Under the pieces are notes generated by a model. That model did no database searches. It saw only the letters and a list, made by a program, of their open reading frames with translations, and was not told where the DNA came from. Source: a virus (lineage: Duplodnaviria > Caudoviricetes). Taken from it: a stretch of DNA of 60,354 nucleotides. Positions within the stretch are counted from its first letter, which is position 1. Every line of letters starts with the position of its first letter. A program made the translations under genes and the position numbers. Where the stretch lies: IMG/VR virus record IMGVR_UViG_3300037520_000542, positions 1 through 60,354 of that record; one strand, given 5' to 3'. Positions 54,463 to 60,354 of this stretch are shown here, in pieces.

Positions 54463-54688
54463 CGCTCTGCTCCTTGAGGTAAGACTTCCAGTCGAACAGG
54501 ACGGCACGACTGCCGACTCGCTCGATGATTCCCTTGCGTTCCAGTCTGTTCATCACGACCGTGACATAGCCTGCCGACCGCCAGCCGAAGGCCGTTGCGA
54601 TGTCCCGGTAGGACGGCTGCACGCCGCACAACTCGATGTCGCTGGCGATAAGGTGAAGGACTCGCCACTCCGTGTCGGTCAGTTGCAT
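54308..54688 (-). CDS. LexA-type winged-HTH DNA-binding protein without a peptidase domain
   Basis: LTDTEWRVLHLI...QPSYRDIATAFGWRS.GYV...LERKGIIER. Confidence 0.8.
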   Translation of the reverse strand: MQLTDTEWRVLHLIASDIELCGVQPSYRDIATAFGWRSAGYVTVVMNRLERKGIIERVGSRAVLFDWKSYLKEQSDDAQGTDGSRSLHLPGRNVRRVRNGGGGRVLGSRRRPGRRLAARHAAGHAH

Positions 54689-54912
54689 GCGTCACCTCCG
54701 TAGCCCGGCAGTCCGATGGCGGTGGCAACACGGCAGAACGCCATGCGTGCAGTGACTAGGTAGTCCGTTGGGATCATGTACTCCCCGTCGCTGGCGGAAA
54801 TGTCCAGCGGGTTGTCGGTCAGGAAAGCGAACGGCTCCAGTGCCTCAAGCAGCAGCCGAACGTGCGAGTCAGTGGCGGCTGGCGACGGGTACTTAGCGTC
54901 GGGGTATGGCAT
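54679..54912 (-). CDS. Hypothetical protein (77 aa)
   Basis: RBS AAGGAG; LLEALEPFA. Confidence 0.65.
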   Translation of the reverse strand: MPYPDAKYPSPAATDSHVRLLLEALEPFAFLTDNPLDISASDGEYMIPTDYLVTARMAFCRVATAIGLPGYGGDACN

Positions 54913-54915
54913 GGG

Positions 54916-54990
54916 TCAGGCTCCTTTGCGAATGAGTTCAAGCACGATGCGAACAATCAACAGAACCAGTTCCATCTGGTCGGGGTTCAT
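54916..54990 (-). CDS. 24-aa hydrophobic peptide, absent from the ORF track
   Basis: MNPDQMELVLLIVRIVLELIRKGA; RBS AAGGAGG. Confidence 0.6.
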   Translation of the reverse strand: MNPDQMELVLLIVRIVLELIRKGA

Positions 54991-55061
54991 GTCACGCCTC
55001 CTTGCGTGGGGTGGTGGGCCAGTGGGCTCATCCCACTAGCCAGACTCCGCAGCGGGAAAAA

Positions 55062-55433
55062 CTAGACCGACACGCCGAGCAGGCGCGTCATGTCGGGGTG
55101 GTGGGCCAGCCCGAACTGAGCGAACTTTTGCAGTTCAAATCGGCCCACTCGGACCATCTCCTGCGTCGGCAGCGGGCGTGCGTAGTTCCTTTGATCCCAT
55201 CGCCTGCGACGATGGCTGAACGGCAGGTCAGCGCACTCGTACCACTTGCCGTCGCAGCACACGAACAACGTGCAGGGGTATGCGTCGTGCCCTCGCCGTC
55301 TCATCTCTGAGTACACGACGTAGAGTTCGGTGCCGTCGTCGGCTGTCCTCCACTTGCCGTGTAGCGTGGACGCACGGAAGGGCTTGCACTCCTGCACCAT
55401 CTTGCGGCAGGTGCGAATCGAAACACTTGGCAT
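55062..55433 (-). CDS. Hypothetical protein, paralogue of 57942-58280
   Basis: W.TA.DG..YVVYS...LFV..DG.WYE shared with the paralogue. Confidence 0.75.
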   Translation of the reverse strand: MPSVSIRTCRKMVQECKPFRASTLHGKWRTADDGTELYVVYSEMRRRGHDAYPCTLFVCCDGKWYECADLPFSHRRRRWDQRNYARPLPTQEMVRVGRFELQKFAQFGLAHHPDMTRLLGVSV

Positions 55434-55516
55434 GGGTCGTCCTTTCTTGTGATGGGTCCGGGTGGGTCAGGCTCACCGTGAGACTGGCCCACCCAACGGA
55501 CTCCGCAGCGGGGAAA

Positions 55517-56338
55517 TCAAGTGACCGGAGCGAGGTTGCCACCGACGATGCCGATGGCGTCCGGCTCAGCGATGGCGACTGCGACCTGCTCGTCGTCCAT
55601 CATCTCGGGCACTGGGGCAGGGGCGATCACCTTGCCCGTCGTCACGTTGACCGTCTCGCCCGGAACACGGCGACCGTCCGGGTAGACGGTCGTGTTCTGC
55701 ACGATCATCTCCCGCTTCTTCTTGGGCTTGGCCTCCGCCTGCTCAGCCGGTGCCTCTCCGGGTCGGGGCGGGAACGTGTATCGCTTCCCGTCGTCCGCCG
55801 CACGCGGCATGATCGCCATGCGTGCGACGTGCCCCTCGTTGCTACGGCAGGTGGCGAACACGCACGACTGCTGGTCTTTCACGAACAGCGTGATGCCTTT
55901 CGTCTCGCTGCCCTCGCTCATCGTCGCCGCCAAGTCCGCCAACTTGCGGAGCAGGGCACCGTCGAGTTTGACGCAGGCGTAGCCGTCCGTCCCGTTGTCG
56001 TGAACGGCATTGAACACGTCCTCGATGCGGGGGAACCGGCCCTCGACCAGAGTCGCCTTCGACTCTGTGCCGCCGTGACGCAGCGTCGAGCCGTCGAACT
56101 CGACCGACTTCTTGAACGCAGCCGCAGGCGGTGAGGAGATCGCCTTCCCGTCCACGATGGCGGATACGGGCTTCTCATCCTCGTCTGGGTAGTAGACGTT
56201 GGCGAGGATGCGACCGTCTGTCGCCGTGAGTTGGGCAGTCTTGCCATCGCTGAGACACTGCACTCCGCCCAGTGCGTATCGGACGGCGTCGCTGTCGCAG
56301 CACTTGGCGAGTTGCTTGATGAACGCAGGAATCCTCAT
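55517..56338 (-). CDS. DNA polymerase III beta-clamp-like domain protein
   Basis: RYALGGV...LTATDGRIL...EGRFP; RBS GGAGGA. Confidence 0.65.
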   Translation of the reverse strand: MRIPAFIKQLAKCCDSDAVRYALGGVQCLSDGKTAQLTATDGRILANVYYPDEDEKPVSAIVDGKAISSPPAAAFKKSVEFDGSTLRHGGTESKATLVEGRFPRIEDVFNAVHDNGTDGYACVKLDGALLRKLADLAATMSEGSETKGITLFVKDQQSCVFATCRSNEGHVARMAIMPRAADDGKRYTFPPRPGEAPAEQAEAKPKKKREMIVQNTTVYPDGRRVPGETVNVTTGKVIAPAPVPEMMDDEQVAVAIAEPDAIGIVGGNLAPVT

Positions 56339-56415
56339 GTCATCCTCCGGGAAAAAAGAAAGCCGATGGCACCATGCCACCGGCCACTACCGAACAGACT
56401 CCGCAGCGGGGAAAC

Positions 56416-57090
56416 TCAGGACTTCACGATGGACTTGGCGAAGCACTTGAGCAGGGCCTTCGCAAGTTCCTCGTAGTCCAGAACGTCCGCATCCCAGTCG
56501 ATGTTCTCCGCCACCTTCTCGATCACACTGTCGATGTCGATGTCGTCCTTCGCCAGTTCGGCGGCACGCTCGACCACGTCGTCGCTGTCGATGTTTGCCG
56601 ACACGTTCTGTGCAATGTCGTCCGCGTCGATGTTCTCTGCCACCTTCTCAGCGATGTCGCTCTCGCTGATGTTGCAGGACATCATCTCCGCCGTCCGCTC
56701 CACCACCTTGTCCTCGTCCACCTCGATCTTCTCGGCACACTGCTCGCACACCTGCCCCATGTCGATCTCATCCACGACGCGGGACACGATGTCGTCCATG
56801 TCGATGTTGCGGGTCACGTTGCGGGCAATCTCGGACGTGTCGATGTCCACCCTCTCCGCCACCCTCTCCGCCACGTCATCGAGGTCGATGCTGTACGCAA
56901 CGTCCTGCTGTATCTCCTTCGCAACCGTGCGGAGTTGCGCGGTGGTCAGGGACGCAGCGACCGCCGCACTGTTGGGGCCGCATGACGCACGCACACGGTC
57001 AATCACCTCCGCCCAGAAGGCTGGGCTGTCCATGAAGCGGGCAACGGCACGATCAACGACCGACTCGATCCAGTTGGTGAAGAAACGCAT
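56416..57090 (-). CDS. Acidic protein with ~13-aa helical repeats
   Basis: About ten ID.DD[IV]A..VA.. units; RBS AAGGAG. Confidence 0.8.
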   Translation of the reverse strand: MRFFTNWIESVVDRAVARFMDSPAFWAEVIDRVRASCGPNSAAVAASLTTAQLRTVAKEIQQDVAYSIDLDDVAERVAERVDIDTSEIARNVTRNIDMDDIVSRVVDEIDMGQVCEQCAEKIEVDEDKVVERTAEMMSCNISESDIAEKVAENIDADDIAQNVSANIDSDDVVERAAELAKDDIDIDSVIEKVAENIDWDADVLDYEELAKALLKCFAKSIVKS

Positions 57091-57173
57091 GACGAAACTC
57101 CTTATGTAGAAACGCAAACGGCCAGCCGCACAGTGCGACTGGCCTCCAGAAACAAGACTCCGCAGCGGGGAAA

Positions 57174-57623
57174 TCACCGCTTGCGGGGATCTTCCTCAAG
57201 CCACGCCAGATAGTCCTCGTACACGGGCGGCTCGATGCCTTCCGTCGGGAGGCCGTCGCCGTAGTACCGGCACGCGAAGGGCTGTCCCTTCGTGCGGCTC
57301 GTGCCCTCGTCGCCGTGAACGGCAACGTGATCGAGGTCGATCACCCTGCCGCTGCCGTCGTAGTGACGGGCGTCCTCCGGGTAATCGTCAAGGTCGCTGT
57401 CCGGGACATGGATGAGGTGCCCGTACTGCTCGTTGTCGGAGAACTCCTCGATGGCGTCCTCGACACTGCCTGCCTCGACTACCAGAAACAGCGGCCAGTA
57501 CGAGCCGCCGATCTCCAGCAGCCATGTCCGCCCGAACCAGCCTCCGGGATTGAGGGCGAGGGCGTCGATGTCGTGATCGCCCAGCCGCCCTTTTGCCCGC
57601 ACCTGCTGCACGCTTTCGCTCAT
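57174..57623 (-). CDS. Acidic hypothetical protein (149 aa)
   Basis: RBS AAGGAG; stop abuts the repeat motif. Confidence 0.75.
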   Translation of the reverse strand: MSESVQQVRAKGRLGDHDIDALALNPGGWFGRTWLLEIGGSYWPLFLVVEAGSVEDAIEEFSDNEQYGHLIHVPDSDLDDYPEDARHYDGSGRVIDLDHVAVHGDEGTSRTKGQPFACRYYGDGLPTEGIEPPVYEDYLAWLEEDPRKR

Positions 57624-57701
57624 CGCCAATCTCCTTGTGCTTCTCGGCCTTGACCAGTGACCACCACTGGTCGTTCCACCGCTTCGCCTTCTCGCTCGCC
57701 A

Positions 57702-57860
57702 TCACGCCTCCGTTGCCGCGATCATGTCAGCAATCTCTCGCCGCTCGTGATCGTTGAGGGTACGAAGGTCGGCAACGAATCGAGTGACAGACGCTGCGCC
57801 CATGATGCGGGCGGCGTCAATCAGCCGGACGAACTTCAGCGTGTCATTGGTCGTGGACAT
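57702..57860 (-). CDS. Hypothetical protein (52 aa), absent from the ORF track
   Basis: MSTTNDTLKFVRLIDAARIMG...; RBS GAGGAG. Confidence 0.65.
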   Translation of the reverse strand: MSTTNDTLKFVRLIDAARIMGAASVTRFVADLRTLNDHERREIADMIAATEA

Positions 57861-57941
57861 GGGAACTCCTCAGTGACAGGGACAAGGGACGGGTGGCGGC
57901 AACGTGCCGACCACCGAGAGGCAGACTCCGCAGCGGCGGAA

Positions 57942-58280
57942 TCAGCCAGCCGAGACAGCGAGCAGCCGCTGCACGCCCGGAAGGTGTTCGATGCCGTGAA
58001 GGATGAACGTCCTGAGGGCCAAGCCGAGAACCTTCACCGTGTCGCAACGCGGGTGGGCCTGCGAGCGGTGCTTGCTTGTGGTCACGCTGTAGCGGTCCTT
58101 GTTTTCGTACCACACGCCGTCGTGCCACACGAACAGCGGCCAGTGCGGGCCGTACGAATACACGACGTACATTCGTGAGCCGTCGCTGGCAGTCTCCCAT
58201 CGGGAGAACAGGTTGCCGTGACACTTGAACTCGGCAAGTGCCTTGACGTGCGGGAGGCAGGAAAAAGTGGGGATCTTCAT
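57942..58280 (-). CDS. Hypothetical protein (112 aa)
   Basis: RBS AAGGAG; YVVYSYGPHWPLFV..YSVTTSKH. Confidence 0.8.
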   Translation of the reverse strand: MKIPTFSCLPHVKALAEFKCHGNLFSRWETASDGSRMYVVYSYGPHWPLFVWHDGVWYENKDRYSVTTSKHRSQAHPRCDTVKVLGLALRTFILHGIEHLPGVQRLLAVSAG

Positions 58281-58367
58281 GCGAATCTCCTTCGTGCATG
58301 GGTAGAAACGAAACGAGCCAGCCGCACAGTGCGACCGGCCTTCACCGAACAGACTCCGCAGCGGGAA

Positions 58368-58601
58368 TCACTCGCTGTTTTTCGCGTCGGCTTCGGCCTC
58401 GTCCTCCGTGTCGAAGGGTCCGTGCGGGTCAGAGTCGGGCATGCAGCCGGGAAAGCACGCCCACCAGTACCATCCGGCGGGCACGGGATTGCCGTCCTCG
58501 TCCGCCCAGCAGTCGCCGTCCGCGACACGCTGGCCGTCGTGATAGAACACCTCAAACGAGCCGTGTTCCTGCCCGATCTCGTCAATGAACTGCCCGTACA
58601 T
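58368..58601 (-). CDS. Hypothetical protein (77 aa)
   Basis: GWYWWACFPGCMPDSDPHGPFDTEDEA. Confidence 0.75.
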   Translation of the reverse strand: MYGQFIDEIGQEHGSFEVFYHDGQRVADGDCWADEDGNPVPAGWYWWACFPGCMPDSDPHGPFDTEDEAEADAKNSE

Positions 58602-58690
58602 GGCATCGCTCCTCGTGGGTGAAATGCGACGGGGCCAGCCGCCACCGTGACGACTGGCCCCGTTCGCAATACGGACTCCGCAGCGGTGAA

Positions 58691-58924
58691 TCACCGCAGA
58701 CTGCGACGAACACCGACCATCGGCGTGAGCATGGCGTCGATCTCGCGGTCGATCTCGACGTTGATGTCGGCGGACTCCTCCGCACGCTCGCGGGTTGCGA
58801 AGGGGCCGACCGGCATGGCGGCAGTGCGCACGTCCATGAAGTAGAAGCCTCCGTTGCCGGGAAACACGACGGCTTCCGGCTTGTTGCGGGTGTTGCGAAC
58901 GACGGACAGGTTGGGATCACGCAT
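58691..58924 (-). CDS. Hypothetical protein (77 aa)
   Basis: RBS AAGGAG; VGPFATRERA. Confidence 0.7.
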   Translation of the reverse strand: MRDPNLSVVRNTRNKPEAVVFPGNGGFYFMDVRTAAMPVGPFATRERAEESADINVEIDREIDAMLTPMVGVRRSLR

Positions 58925-59056
58925 GGGAATCTCCTTCGGAACAGGGATAGAAACACAAACGCCCACCGCGAAGTGCGATGGGCGAGAGCCTGCGAGTGCA
59001 GGATTGGGGGCTGGCTGGCAGCACAGCCCCGTATCCCAGACTCCGCAGCGGCGGAA

Positions 59057-59500
59057 TCAGCCGTTGAAGGCGTTGCGGACGGCGGTCCACATGGCCTTGC
59101 ACTCGTCGTCGTTACGGAACACTCCGTTGATGGCGGCGAGCATGTCCTTCATGCGGGCCTCGTCGCCCTTGTAGGCCCACGCGGAGAAGGGGCCGACCGT
59201 CACGGACACGCCGCTCTTGCCGTTCTTCTTCGCCACCCGGACGTTGACTTCCCACGCCTTGCGAACCTTCGCGGGCTTCTCGGCCTTCGGGGAGTCGATC
59301 ACGACCGTCGCGGGGGCGTCGGCCTTCGCAGCGGCGGCACGCTTGCGACCCTCCGCCATCTTGGCCTTCTGCTCGGGGCTGAGCGTCCGCTTGCCCTTCG
59401 CGGGGGCCTCGATAACCGCAGGGGCAGCGGCAGCGGTCTGGAACTTCATCGCCTCCGCGATACCGGCAGCGATCATGGAACGGATGTCAGAAGCAGTCAT
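59057..59500 (-). CDS. Lys/Ala-rich hypothetical protein (147 aa)
   Basis: RBS GAGGAG; KRTLSPEQKAKMAEGRKRA. Confidence 0.75.
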   Translation of the reverse strand: MTASDIRSMIAAGIAEAMKFQTAAAAPAVIEAPAKGKRTLSPEQKAKMAEGRKRAAAAKADAPATVVIDSPKAEKPAKVRKAWEVNVRVAKKNGKSGVSVTVGPFSAWAYKGDEARMKDMLAAINGVFRNDDECKAMWTAVRNAFNG

Positions 59501-59613
59501 GGCAAATCTCCTCAGAAACAGGGATAGAAACCGATCCCGACTCAACGTGAGTACGGGTGGAGGCGATGCCGCATGGGCCAGCATCGCTACCATCCAGACT
59601 CCGCAGCGGCGAA

Positions 59614-59802
59614 TCACTCCACCAGCAGCACGGGCCACGCCGACTCCACGATCACTTCGCCGTCCGGGCCTTCCAGCGTGTAGACCTGCCAGCCATTGGC
59701 ACGAGCGTTGATCCACTCGCGGGCCTTACGCTCCGTGTCGAACGCGATGGCGTCACCGCAGTCGCCGCGTGAATCGCTCCAGAGGTAGGACACGATGAAC
59801 AT
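59614..59802 (-). CDS. Hypothetical protein (62 aa)
   Basis: RBS GAGGAG; AFDTERKAREW. Confidence 0.7.
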   Translation of the reverse strand: MFIVSYLWSDSRGDCGDAIAFDTERKAREWINARANGWQVYTLEGPDGEVIVESAWPVLLVE

Positions 59803-59881
59803 GAGATGCTCCTCAGCATGAGACGCAGAACACGGTGAGCCGAACGTCGGCCACCGAAAGACAGACTCCGCAGCGGTGAAA

Positions 59882-60097
59882 TCAGCCGAACGAGACTTGA
59901 TCGGCTTCGTGGATAGAGCCGTCCGGGCGGCGGATCGTGTGGCCGAACTCCCCGCTACGGCACAACTCACGAGCAGCATCCGAAGCGCTGTCGTAGTCGG
60001 GGAACGATTCCCGGCTGGTTTCGTAACGACGCTCCACCCAAGTGCCGTCGAACATTCGGTAGCCGGGAATCGTCCAGTTGTGTTCCAGAACCCACAT
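59882..60097 (-). CDS. Hypothetical protein (71 aa)
   Basis: RBS AAAGGA; stop abuts the repeat motif. Confidence 0.7.
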   Translation of the reverse strand: MWVLEHNWTIPGYRMFDGTWVERRYETSRESFPDYDSASDAARELCRSGEFGHTIRRPDGSIHEADQVSFG

Positions 60098-60227
60098 GCA
60101 GCACCGTCCTTTCGTGCCGGTCACTGGACGATCACATTTGCCGTCCGTCGTGCCGACACAATCCAGACTCCGCAGCGGGGAATCGTGGATCGGTGAGCGA
60201 CGGTGTAGAGACGGAGGGGACGGACAT

Positions 60228-60354
60228 AGTTCGTGGCCCGCCGCGAAGGCGGAATCCCGCTCTCGGTCGGTACCGTGAAGCGGAAACCCTTGCGGCGTAA
60301 GGATGGAACGCGGGGGATGAAGGAGCGGCCCCCGAAGCCCCCCACTCGCGCGCG
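60228..60354. repeat. Terminal direct repeat, copy 2
   Basis: Identical to 1-127. Confidence 0.95.

Larger units (their letters stand above)
52741..60182 (-). repeat. Dispersed 12-copy intergenic element: GACTCCGCAGCGG plus adjacent hairpin
   Basis: Invariant 13-mer starts at 52786, 55043, 55499, 56397, 57156, 57924, 58352, 58674, 59039, 59597, 59864, 60166. Confidence 0.95.

Noticed and set aside
52786-60178. GACTCCGCAGCGG repeats as a CRISPR array or as attC sites
   Set aside because: Spacing is 267-2257 bp and gene-filled, no cas genes are present, and there is no AAC/GTT box geometry
60228-60354. 127-bp terminal repeat as a biological DTR
   Set aside because: The length equals a standard assembler k-mer and the copies are exact; more simply a circular-contig overlap

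Overview
The window is an apparently complete, circularly assembled ~60.2 kb GC-rich tailed-phage genome. Bases 1-127 repeat at 60228-60354, most likely an assembly overlap. The phage looks podovirus-like (portal, adaptor and nozzle-like genes, large ejection-type proteins, no tape measure or sheath); a Planctomycetota host is a tentative inference. Layout: HNH/SSB and small genes (0.2-3 kb); virion and packaging block (3.2-34.3 kb, +); tyrosine recombinase (-); recombination, helicase and nucleotide-metabolism genes (35-42 kb, +); membrane proteins, cysteine peptidase, LamG protein and sigma factor (42-48 kb, +); a minus-strand accessory arm (48-60 kb). Three non-coding systems stand out. (1) A miniature integron-type cassette array at 1977-2678: two attC sites with canonical geometry plus an attI-like site. 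The cassette genes lie antisense to the attC polarity, their RBS and start codons sit inside the attC loops, and no IntI is recognisable on the phage. (2) Twelve copies of an invariant 13-mer, GACTCCGCAGCGG, nearly all with an adjacent hairpin, divide the accessory arm into gene modules. (3) A ~290-nt highly base-paired, possibly pseudoknotted intergenic element follows the helicase. All protein calls are motif recognition by eye; no searches were run.
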